Positions 44,993 through 54,700 of a stretch of DNA of 64,000 bases are shown here, in pieces; within the stretch, counting starts at the first letter, position 1, and every line of letters begins with the position of its first letter. The notes below the pieces were generated by a model. The model did not search any database, had not been told where the DNA came from, and was given only the letters and a program-made list of their open reading frames with translations. The position numbers and the translations under genes were made by a program. The DNA is from a virus: IMG/VR virus record IMGVR_UViG_3300050119_000104, positions 53,460 through 117,459 of that record. One strand, given 5' to 3'.

Positions 44993-45223
44993 TTACTGGA
45001 AGTTGCCGACGTGAATGACGGCACCAATGAACGCAGCCGAGGACGAGGTGTCCACGTTCGTGTTCTTGTTGGTGGTCTTGTTCACGTTGGTGTTGGAATT
45101 GGTATTCTTCGAAGTCGTGGAAGCAGAAGCGCTGCTGCCACCCTTCGAGCCGCTCGACGGATGAGCGGTAGCGAGAGTCACGGACGCGAGAAGCGCGGCC
45201 GCTACAATCATGGACTTCTTCAT
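44993..45223 (-). CDS. Small secreted Ser/Asn/Thr-rich protein
   Basis: Signal peptide MKKSMIVAAALLASVTLATA followed by KNTNSNTNVNKTTNKNTNV. Confidence 0.6.
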   Translation of the reverse strand: MKKSMIVAAALLASVTLATAHPSSGSKGGSSASASTTSKNTNSNTNVNKTTNKNTNVDTSSSAAFIGAVIHVGNFQ

Positions 45224-45330
45224 CGATTGTCCTTTCATGGACATTGCGCAGGTACAAATGTTTGCACGTGCATGAACCTCACCTAGCAATTCGAAATTTG
45301 AAGTCAAGCGATCTCTATGGTTACCGAAAA

Positions 45331-45624
45331 TTATTTGACTCGGGCTTTGCCATCAACAATTTTCATCTCTGATCGATGACGGCCAAGCTGGCGAGCGGCG
45401 CGATCCTTCGCGCGTTCCTGTGGCCCCATGCGCGAGCGCTCGACGCCGAGTGGCGTTAACTTTTCGGTACCGGCGTAGAGCACGCCTGAATTTTGTAGGT
45501 GTTGGATAGCTTCTGCACGCGCATTTGGAACGTTCTTCTTTTCCATGATGCCTGTGAGCCGGTCAACCATGCCAGCAGCCCATCGTCCGTGTTCGTCGCG
45601 AAGCTCGTTTGGATTAAACGGCAT
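45331..45624 (-). CDS. Small protein with FNPNELRDEHGRW motif
   Basis: Motif resembles the F(N/D)P.QPRD..GRW unit of phage head-associated proteins. Confidence 0.5.
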   Translation of the reverse strand: MPFNPNELRDEHGRWAAGMVDRLTGIMEKKNVPNARAEAIQHLQNSGVLYAGTEKLTPLGVERSRMGPQERAKDRAARQLGRHRSEMKIVDGKARVK

Positions 45625-46191
45625 CGGGATCACGCTCGCTAAAACGGGAACGACCAGCGATATCGTACGGGGATAAAGCACACCCGTCATCGTGACCGGC
45701 TTTTGACCCCTCGCACGTGCAATAATCTGGACCGCGACTCAGGTGCGGAAAATACTCAGCAGCGCGCAGGTGCTCGTGTTCAAGTCGGACGCCTTCCTCA
45801 AGTCCCGGAGGCTTAGGCACTCCCGGATTTTCAAGCATCCCAACCCATGTCCGCCACAGCGCGGCGTACCAAATATAGACCCCCATCATTGGTCGCTCCA
45901 CTTACCTACAGCATCCACCAACATATTTGGCGGATTGATATCGTAACGACGCGACATATTTGGGGGCCGGTTCGGTCCGAGAATGACTAGAATATCTTCG
46001 CCGCCTATCGTGACCTCGGCATCTTGATCCAAGCCGCGTAGCCGAAGAACTACATCACGGATTTTCATTTGGCTCTCCGGGCAGCTTTCTTCGCAGCGCG
46101 TTTCGCGTCTGTCGCAGCGTTACGTCGGGCGGCACGATAGCTCGCCAGGGGGCGCGGCGTGCCCTGCTTCGGCGTGTAGCCAGGTATCGTT

Positions 46192-46629
46192 TTAATTTTG
46201 AGCGCCATGCAAAGCTTGGTAGTGGTAGTTCCTGGTTTTGTCAATCGGCTTGGTAAGAGCTTCCTCTTTCGGCATCCCCTTGCGAATGCGAGCATGTATC
46301 GTGCTGGGCGAGACCCCGGCCGCTCGGGCACGTTGGTTTACTGTGTCGGTACCGCGTACCGCGCAATTGGACAACGGCCGCGCGATTGCATCCGCTATCG
46401 ATAGTCCTTTCTTGCGCACACGATCAACCGTGCGCTGAACAGGAACCCCCGCAGCGCGAGCTTGCCCTGCAATTGAGTCGAGCCCGCGCCGACGGAATTT
46501 CAGATCGGGCGGGGTTGAAAGTGTCTCAGGCCATGACCAGCCAGCGCGGCGGCGCGCACGCACAGTCCGTGGGTTCAGGCCGTTAGCGCGAGCGAACCCA
46601 GCCATGCTCTTGGGGTCGAAATTAGGCAT
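46192..46629 (-). CDS. Tandem HTH-repeat DNA-binding protein
   Basis: Three ARAAG+...T+..R.RKG...E.AL repeats. Confidence 0.6.
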   Translation of the reverse strand: MPNFDPKSMAGFARANGLNPRTVRARRRAGWSWPETLSTPPDLKFRRRGLDSIAGQARAAGVPVQRTVDRVRKKGLSIADAIARPLSNCAVRGTDTVNQRARAAGVSPSTIHARIRKGMPKEEALTKPIDKTRNYHYQALHGAQN

Positions 46630-46885
46630 CTTGCTCGCTCTTATTATTATGCAGCGGCGGCGGCGGGAGCGGATGCCAATGCGTCGGCTTCGCATGAGGT
46701 TGATACTGCCCGGTCTGTTCACCAAATGCCAGGTCGATGAAATAAGCCCAATCAAACTGACCCCCGCCGACACCAGCACCAAATGGCCCAAGCAGCGATT
46801 CGCCGCGCTTCCCGCGCTCATAATCTTCGCGCTCCCAATCCGTTGAAAACCTTGGCTCGATCTTCTGAGGAATGCGCTTGGCCAT
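46622..46885 (-). CDS. Lar/DUF551-like protein
   Basis: PTHW.PLPPPP C-terminus. Confidence 0.5.
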   Translation of the reverse strand: MAKRIPQKIEPRFSTDWEREDYERGKRGESLLGPFGAGVGGGQFDWAYFIDLAFGEQTGQYQPHAKPTHWHPLPPPPLHNNKSEQDA

Positions 46886-46926
46886 TATTTTAGCTCCCGT
46901 GGGTTCCTTGCATTGGGCATGCTTTA

Positions 46927-48366
46927 TTACACGTCCGTTTGCAAAAGTAAATCGCGGAGGCCGTGTCCAGACACCGAGTCAGCTAATTTAGAGTTTGTAT
47001 CGCAAATTTCCCAATTGCGATCATCTATCGTTCCTGGCGTCGTGATCCGTACCACGGCAACCGAATGACCGCCTTTGACCGTGCCGCGTTCCTCTGCCTG
47101 CGAAACCATCCGGGCGTTGGGAATAGACGAGAAAAATATCACCGCGTCGGCCGCAGAGAAATCGAGTCCTTCGCCGCCCGCATTCGGCGTGCCGAGACAC
47201 TCCATGATCTTTGGCTCATGTAAGAAGCACATTCGATTTATTTCACGTTGCACCATCGGCACGTCGCCGTGGTATTCGACAAATTCGTGACCGCGCGCTT
47301 TCAGCTTCGCAGCGATGCGTCGGATATCCTCTTTATATCGGCACCAGATCAGACATTTCCCCGGCAGCGTGCCGTCTATCTGTTCGATCAGCGCGTCATA
47401 GATCGGCGCATCCTCATCAATAGTGCCGATCACGCCATCCTTCATGAGATAGCCGTTGATGATTTGTTGGAGCTTCTGCACGCGTGCGCCGCCCTCTGAG
47501 GCAGATATTTCCATGTCCCCGATCTCAACGAGGTGATGCGAAACCATTCTCAGATATGCATCACGCTGTAGGGGGCTCATCACGACTGGCCGTTCGGTGC
47601 GGATCAGGTCGGGCATATCATGGATATCCCCACGGAGTACGACGCTCGACCACTTCGCAAGCGCAGTGGTCAGTTCTGGCATATTGAGGTAGCGCTTTAG
47701 TTGCTGGTAGGTCTTGCCGGAGTTGCCGCGCTTCATTGGTACGAATTCAGCGAAGTGCTTCTGGAAATCCTTATAGGTTTCGAAACCGAGCGCCTGCGGG
47801 TGCAGGATTTCGAATTGAGCGAATGCCCGCAGGGGGCTGTTCAAGATCGGCGTGCCCGACTCAATCATCACGTACTTTGCATGAGGTGCAAGACTGCGGG
47901 CGAAATAGGTGCGCTTGCTTCCAGCGTAGCCAAAATGGTGGCCTTCAGAAACGACCAGCATGAATTTACTGTGACACGCTCTCATGAATTGCTTGACCGC
48001 CTTGCGACACGCGAGATGCTTCAACGCTTCCATATTTATAGCGAACCACTTGAAACCGTCACTCTGCAAAAAGTGCATGAAATTTGCAGCATTTTCCATG
48101 CGTTTTGGAGTGGACCAAGCGAACGTCGGATGGTCACCAAGCTCCGGCCAAGCATGGAGCGGAATTTCCCGCTGAACCCAATTAATATGTACGCCGTTCG
48201 GGGCGATGACGATGACGCCTTCGATTGTATTGCGACCGAACTGGTAGCAGGCTTTATCGATGACGGCCTTGGATTTGCCGGAGCGCATCGGCCAGATCAG
48301 ATAGCGCGAGCGCTTGTCCCGCCCTATCGCGAATTCACGAGCCTGATGCTGCCAGTCTTTAGCCAT
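46927..48366 (-). CDS. SNF2/DEAD-like helicase
   Basis: MRSGKSK (motif I), SEGHHF (degenerate DEAH), SGTP and GGEGLDF...Q.EER motifs. Confidence 0.85.
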   Translation of the reverse strand: MAKDWQHQAREFAIGRDKRSRYLIWPMRSGKSKAVIDKACYQFGRNTIEGVIVIAPNGVHINWVQREIPLHAWPELGDHPTFAWSTPKRMENAANFMHFLQSDGFKWFAINMEALKHLACRKAVKQFMRACHSKFMLVVSEGHHFGYAGSKRTYFARSLAPHAKYVMIESGTPILNSPLRAFAQFEILHPQALGFETYKDFQKHFAEFVPMKRGNSGKTYQQLKRYLNMPELTTALAKWSSVVLRGDIHDMPDLIRTERPVVMSPLQRDAYLRMVSHHLVEIGDMEISASEGGARVQKLQQIINGYLMKDGVIGTIDEDAPIYDALIEQIDGTLPGKCLIWCRYKEDIRRIAAKLKARGHEFVEYHGDVPMVQREINRMCFLHEPKIMECLGTPNAGGEGLDFSAADAVIFFSSIPNARMVSQAEERGTVKGGHSVAVVRITTPGTIDDRNWEICDTNSKLADSVSGHGLRDLLLQTDV

Positions 48367-48522
48367 TCATTGCTCGTCATCGAAGTCGAAAATTTCTTCC
48401 GAGATTGGTTCGCGCCACCCGCAAGCATCACATGAGTACGGACCGCATTGCTGTTCGCCGACGCCGATATCATCGGTTTCGCATTCAGCTTCGCTGCCAC
48501 ACCGAGGACATTTCATCTTCAT
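48367..48522 (-). CDS. Small Zn-ribbon protein
   Basis: MKMKCPRCG...CDACGW; AGGAG RBS. Confidence 0.5.
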   Translation of the reverse strand: MKMKCPRCGSEAECETDDIGVGEQQCGPYSCDACGWREPISEEIFDFDDEQ

Positions 48523-48558
48523 GGCTTATTCTCCTGGCCACTTCATTACTTTATGTTT

Positions 48559-48799
48559 CGTGCTTATCCGGTTGACGCCCAATGGGCGACACGAACCCGG
48601 CTCTCCTCTACAGGACGCAGAGCACTCTGCGCGATCCACCGAAATGGACCTTATTCATCGCCGTTCTACCTTTCGGCGCGAACAGACGACGGAAACATGG
48701 TCTTTAGATACCCCCAATCAATCGGAGGCGATTGTCGGAATGGAGAAAAGCAAAATTCCAGGTGGCTGTCAAGCATTGGGCATCAACCGGATAAGCATG
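48559..48799 (-). mobile_element. 241-bp MITE B (putative omegaRNA cassette), 8-bp TSD TTATGTTT
   Basis: Inverted near-identical copy of MITE A (about 3 substitutions); TSD at 48551-48558 and 48800-48807. Confidence 0.9.
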
Positions 48800-48990
48800 T
48801 TATGTTTGAGAAAATCACCAATTCGAGCGGCGACTGTGCAGTTGGCTTTATCAATGCCGTATGTGGTGCAATGTTCGCCACCGCCGCAATTTCCGACCTT
48901 TCGACCTATAATGATAATCTGATCATAGCCGTATTTCTCAGCTACTGCTTTTGCCGCACTGATTGGGATTGGTCTCATCTCACTCTCCAC
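48769..48990 (-). pseudogene. Small phage gene interrupted near its 3' end by MITE B
   Basis: Removing the element and one TSD restores ...DFLKHKVMKWPGE*. Confidence 0.7.
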
Positions 48991-49300
48991 GATAACGGGA
49001 ATTCCGTTCCTTCAAGCGCTCACGCTCGCGCTCTCTGTTCCGGTTTAGCTCGACTTCTTCGCGAGCTATGTCGGCGCAACCAGGGCAGAAATGCTCCCAC
49101 GGCTGACCCTGCGGCTTGAGCGTGATCCAGCCAAGCTCCTGCGCTCCTTTCCAAGTTACTACGAAGCTAGGTTCATGATTTTCCAGACGCTCGAATTGCG
49201 CTGGGCAAGCGTCGCATTCGAAAATGAGCGTGTTCTTATCGGGTCTATCAAAGCCCATTACTGCTTTCCTTCCGTGAGCGTGAACCGCCCATGCATCCAC
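48980..49300 (-). CDS. Hypothetical Zn-binding protein
   Basis: ECDAC...FCPGC motifs. Confidence 0.5.
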   Translation of the reverse strand: MDAWAVHAHGRKAVMGFDRPDKNTLIFECDACPAQFERLENHEPSFVVTWKGAQELGWITLKPQGQPWEHFCPGCADIAREEVELNRNRERERERLKERNSRYRGE

Positions 49301-50148
49301 TTAAGTGCAGGCATCGGAATTTTACCCGCGTCGGTATCGCGCACGAGCATTCCGTTCTCGCTGCGCAGTTTGACTCGCCCGACACCGCCGCGCATATCGA
49401 CTTCCACTAAATCCCCAGGGAGTAAGTGATGTTCAGAATAAGAGATAGTCGGCTCGCCTTCCTCCCACGGTCGCGCGTCCGTACTGAGTGTTTTGAACGG
49501 GGCATAATGTGATGGCATCGTCGGACTCCATTCTGACCGCAGATATTGGTGCTGATTGAAAATGTGATACGTGTACGCCGCATAGCGTAAGAGAAATTGT
49601 TGCTCAGCAAACGGAGCCGCCCACGGTATGATAGAGATACCGAGCGGATGGACCCCATATTTTGGACTGTGACGCCAATCGTTGTCACTGTCCGACATCA
49701 AGTGAGCCCGCTCGTCAACGATGATGCGGCCGTCGATCTCATCCTGGAATGTTGGCTTTGGTACCCTACTGATACCAAGCCATTCGCGGATCACGCTGTC
49801 AATGGCACACTCCCGTTTGCGGTAATCGGGCATATGTTGCTTGATCGGACGCGGGACATCGATGAGATATGCCTCCGGTGCATCATGCATGAGAATTTGC
49901 AGGGTATCGATTGCGCTGGCTTTTAGGATCGTCGCCGCATAAGTCGCGAGCAGAACGCTGTGCTGGGCAACCGAATAAACCGCCCCACCGGGACCGAACT
50001 TCGTGGCCCCTGCATACCGGCACTGACTCGCAAGATGGTGCGCGATATCAATGATCGAGACACTCTCGACTGTTGGGGCTAGCGGAAAAAATCTTCGGCC
50101 TGTGTAGGTTTCTTGGTAAGCGACCGCCTCATATTTGGTATCCATCAC
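49258..50148 (-). CDS. HD-domain phosphohydrolase (YfbR-like deoxynucleotidase)
   Basis: IAH.L...CRY.G, YSVAQHS and LMHDAPEAY..D.PRP.K motifs. Confidence 0.85.
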   Translation of the reverse strand: MMDTKYEAVAYQETYTGRRFFPLAPTVESVSIIDIAHHLASQCRYAGATKFGPGGAVYSVAQHSVLLATYAATILKASAIDTLQILMHDAPEAYLIDVPRPIKQHMPDYRKRECAIDSVIREWLGISRVPKPTFQDEIDGRIIVDERAHLMSDSDNDWRHSPKYGVHPLGISIIPWAAPFAEQQFLLRYAAYTYHIFNQHQYLRSEWSPTMPSHYAPFKTLSTDARPWEEGEPTISYSEHHLLPGDLVEVDMRGGVGRVKLRSENGMLVRDTDAGKIPMPALKWMHGRFTLTEGKQ

Positions 50149-50492
50149 GCTCTTATTCCTTCCCGATGATTTCGTAGTAAATCTGTTCGGCTTTGGCTCG
50201 ATCCATCTCTGGATGCGCGAGCATCATCTCGCCGACGATCCATGATTTACGCTGCGCGGCGCGCATGTGGGCCTGCTCGATGAGAGGCATTTTCTTGAAG
50301 CGCCTTACCGACTCCCGGCACAGTTCCTCGATGTTGCTCATGCTATCCTCGTTAATCTTTTTGCTGCCGCCATAACTTGCACTGGCACCTTGATCCCGGC
50401 TTTTGCAATGTCCGCTAGATAGGCGACGACGAGATCAGCATCCTTAAACTCAGGGTGCTGGACATACTTCGGGAGCTTTTTCAGAGCTTCTT

Positions 50493-50951
50493 TCATGCTA
50501 TTTCCTTAAGCGACTGCTGCGGGCCGCGTTTTTGATTTTGATATTTTCCATCATATGGTTTCTCGGCCGGTTCATCCAGGAAGTGAAACAGCACTTGCGC
50601 AATCGCGTCACCTTCGTTCAATGAAATCAACGTCGAGGAATGGTTCGTCAATTCCAATGTCAGATAACCCATCCATCCTGGTTCGATGACCGTATTTTGC
50701 ACCGCGAGACCCTTACGCGCAAGCGATGATTTATCATGCACGACGCCGATCACGGTGTTGGGCATATCAAACCGCTCGGCCGCCGATACTAGCGTAAAGG
50801 TGTGCGCGTGCAAGACGAGACGGTGATCGAGCGTGATATCGTAACCAGCAATGCTGAGTCCACATGAGCAACCCTGGCTATCGATATACTTCTCGCGCAT
50901 CGGTTTGAGCAAGTGAAGTCGGCGGATCGTTTGTCCTGATAGAACACTCAT
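50493..50951 (-). CDS. dcd: dCTP deaminase / dUTPase family protein
   Basis: AGYDI, DKSSLARKGL.V.NTVIEPGW.G.LTLEL and YDGKYQNQ motifs. Confidence 0.85.
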   Translation of the reverse strand: MSVLSGQTIRRLHLLKPMREKYIDSQGCSCGLSIAGYDITLDHRLVLHAHTFTLVSAAERFDMPNTVIGVVHDKSSLARKGLAVQNTVIEPGWMGYLTLELTNHSSTLISLNEGDAIAQVLFHFLDEPAEKPYDGKYQNQKRGPQQSLKEIA

Positions 50952-51364
50952 AGATGTTTTCCCAATTCCACAAACAACTTTTCTTTTTCAGCAAAGACGC
51001 CAGTTGCGAACTGATACATCACATCCCATCTTTCGGGATCGTCGAGCAAAATATAGCCGGGCTTAGGGAGATGCCAACCAAGTTCGAGATGACCCGATCT
51101 CCCCGCAGGCAATAGCAGGACAGCGATATCTGCTTCGGACAGATGTTTGTAGTCGAGAGCGAACACGTGCTTGGCGTGATAGCCCTGCAAGGCTTCAAGA
51201 TAAGTGTGACCGCGCTGCTTCTCATAGTCGCGCCAGATATCATCCGCATTTTTCCCGGCCGCATGCCAATCATCAAACACGTCGAAACCTAGCTCGCGAA
51301 GTTCATGCGCGAAGTCACGGACGGTATCTGCTCGTAGAGAGCCGATCAGATAGAGTTTCTTCAT
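50948..51364 (-). CDS. Nucleoside 2-deoxyribosyltransferase-like protein
   Basis: D...L..AD..VL.LPAGRSGHLELGW motif. Confidence 0.7.
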   Translation of the reverse strand: MKKLYLIGSLRADTVRDFAHELRELGFDVFDDWHAAGKNADDIWRDYEKQRGHTYLEALQGYHAKHVFALDYKHLSEADIAVLLLPAGRSGHLELGWHLPKPGYILLDDPERWDVMYQFATGVFAEKEKLFVELGKHL

Positions 51365-51400
51365 TTACAATTGTTCCAAACGCTATAGAGCGGGTGCGTT

Positions 51401-51727
51401 CTACTTGATGTTTTCTAATTTGTCGTAGCACCGGAGTAAATCGGCGGCAACTTCATAGACCCCGTATGAGTCGAGTTGCATATACCCGAGCACTCCTGAG
51501 CTTTCTTTTTTGTAGAATATGAGTTGCATCTCGCCAGCTTCCTCGTCCAACATTATGCCATAACCAAGAGCACGAAAGGCAGGATCGGCCAGTGGATTAC
51601 CACGCTTGACCGGCTTCGACAAGACACGGATCGCGTCCGCAGCATCTTTGAATGCGGATTTATAGGATGGGTTATCGGCGAGATTTCCCAACTCTGCAAG
51701 ATGATCGGCGAGTGCGGATACCGTCAT
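51401..51727 (-). CDS. Hypothetical protein
   Basis: TGATG overlap with the polymerase stop codon. Confidence 0.5.
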   Translation of the reverse strand: MTVSALADHLAELGNLADNPSYKSAFKDAADAIRVLSKPVKRGNPLADPAFRALGYGIMLDEEAGEMQLIFYKKESSGVLGYMQLDSYGVYEVAADLLRCYDKLENIK

Positions 51728-54700
51728 CACTTCCTCAACCGGCTGGATATCCAACCCTCTGCGGCCACCGGTATCCCCTGTGCCCATTTTGGAACCTCAC
51801 TCGTGAGTGCTTCGAATTCTTCAACCGAGCATGTGCCGATGGGGGCCTCGGCGATTACTTCGTCGTGGATGGATAATAGAAGCGCGAAACGACCGTCGGT
51901 GTCAACCCGCATCATTGCTTCGGCGAGCAGGTCACGCGATGACGCCTGATCGGCGTTCTCCGTAAGCGATCCGCCATGCGTTCCGCAGCGCTGCCATTGC
52001 TTCGTGACGATGTTGCGGCCCATGAACGACAGATGCGGCGATAGGAAATTTTCCGGCGCGTCATTCGTGAGTCGTTTGCGCTGCTTCTCCGCGAGCTTCT
52101 CCGCGTTGTAGCGCGCCCGATGGACCGGGACCCCTACATTCGATGGAAAGCGGATCACGCACGGTTTGCCATGCTCGTTCATGGCGTGGAAAGCCCACAT
52201 CACTTTCGTATGGACTTCCGGGTAGAGGTACGCGAGCAACCGGCCGCTCGGGAGACGGCAATGCAGGAAGTTGCGGTCATCACTCATGAAGTAAGAGATA
52301 GAGCCGACACCGAGCGCGTCCCCGCCCGCATAGAATTCTTCGCCTGGGTTCTGTACCGCCGCGATAGCAGCCTCGCCTACTGCCCTCCATAAGATCGGCA
52401 TCTCCGGGCACATCTCTTTGCGATAGACATTGACAACCATCTGGCAGAATTCATCTTCAAGCCAAACGCCTTCCTCCAACCAAACAGTGGTTTGGAATTT
52501 CTCCCAGCCCATGCTGTTGTGAACGAGCGTGGGACCGTCGCGAGTCAAAATCATGTAACGGTGACGTGGCCCGGCGTCGATCAAGTCATAGATTTTTTCT
52601 TTTCGACCGGCGCGTGTTGAGGCATTGCTCACTCCAGGTCGCGCAGCGAATGTTGCCCGGCTCATAGCCAAGATCATTGTTCTTTCGATCCATTTCAAGC
52701 TCTGGATTATCCTATCCCGGAAACCGGCCGACTGCCGCAGAGAGCCGATTGAGCCACATTTCTCGAAGGTCGGCGTCGGGCATTGCTGCTTTGTAATCGG
52801 CGTGTCGCTTATCCGCTGCCGCGCGCTTCGCGCAAGCATTGCAACGCGTTGTGCGACCTGCGCGCCAATTCGCCAAATCGACTTGATGCCTCGGCGCTTC
52901 GCAGTCACATCTAACCATGGTACATCTGATGCCGTTGCGGGGACCGACGACATGTCCTGTAACGGTAAGCTGTCCGCGCCTGCTTCCAATACGCGGCGGT
53001 TCAAGTCGGCGTCGGCGACCACTTTCTCCGCACGGTGGAACCTCTCGCCGCACCACACGGGATGATCCATCGTCGGGAATGTATCGCCCAAATTCGTCAC
53101 GTACTTTTCGCCGTTGCATATCAAACCTCTATGGCGGACCCACTCTTGTCCATCCCATAGCATATCCCAATCCTCCACGATGTCGATGCGGACCCATCCC
53201 CGCCGTGTGAGGATCAAAGTGTCGGCGGCGTGGCAATATCCTAGACCGAGTACTGCTTTCTTGCCGAGTTGACGTTCGTCTTTGTCAGCTTTCGTGATCT
53301 CCCGTTTGTAGATGGCGCATGCCATCGCAAGGTATGGGTCACCTTTGCTGCGAAACAATGCAAGCTGACTCTCGCAACCAGCCATCCAGGCGAGCTTGAC
53401 GGCTTCAATAGATTTAAAATCGGCCGCATATAATTCCATGTCCGGCGACGCTATGAGCGCACCACGACACGCTTTCGCGAGCGCTGGCAGCGGCTCGCCC
53501 CAAATGAAAGTGATAAGCTCGCGGTCACCCCAACCAGTGCTGATGTCGCCGTTGACGGCCATGATGTCGGCCCATACATCAGGCATATTCGCCATCCAAC
53601 CACGAACGAAATTATGCGGCTGCACACCTTTACCAGACCAGCGGCCAGTGTTCCCGGTAACTTGAATAGTGCCTTTGTAGCGGACAAGAAAATATCCAGT
53701 TTTAGTTCGGGCACAGTAGACAGTACCTTCGAATTTCTCATGTGCGAAAGTCCACTTTTTCTTGAGCCAAGTTCTCGCGCCCGAGCTATGGACATGAACA
53801 CGATAGTTTACATTCCACTTTTCGGGTTCGCGATTGCGTGCGGCTATACTCGCCCGCGTCCCGGCGAGCGCCGCGAGTGTTTGGGCCCACTCTGCATTGT
53901 TCTTGGAGCATGTCGAATAGGAAACTCCGGGCGTTATATTTCGCTTATCGATACATCCGTCCCAATGCTTTAGCTCGTCAATAAACACCGCCGGATCATG
54001 ATTGAGCAGCCAATCCCCAAACTCTTTGGAGCGTCGCAACCATTCAGGGGCCTCGACGATCTTGATGTTGGTCGAACCGTCACTATAGACACGTTCTTCG
54101 AACGCCAGCGAAGCGGCCTGCAATAGCGCCTTGCAGCGATCTATCTTGCGCGGCTCTCGAAAGTGCAGACTCAGTGGTTTATTAGTCTCTGGCGTTCGCC
54201 CGTCCGCCTGATACATGATGATAAGCCGCGTGCGTTCCGGTAGCTCGGTCGCTCCGCGATAGTTTCCGGCGAGTGGAATAGCCCAATTGCTTTCGCGGAC
54301 ATCCCCCGCTGCAACATCAATCAAGTTATCCCGGCAACTAATGAGCGGAATTTTGTGATCGACCGTGCAAAGCAATTCCGTGTTTGGTCCGACCATTCGA
54401 ACCATGTCACCATCATAGGGAAGTATCGCTCGCGTAGCAGAGGCGAACGTGATCTCTCCGACGCTATATTTCTGATGTGCCCATTGTGCAATCTCACCCC
54501 CCTGCCACTCGTCGATCCGTTGCCAGCCTTGTCGAGTCAAAACCTCAGCGTCGCCGCTGACGGGGCGATCCGCTCCATTATACAACATGATATCGTGCAA
54601 GCGGTCGTCCGGGCAGACGCTCGCGACCATCTGTTTGTATTTGGAGTTAGAGGTTCGGTTGACCTCCATCGCGATCTCCAGGGCACGATGGATTGACTTA

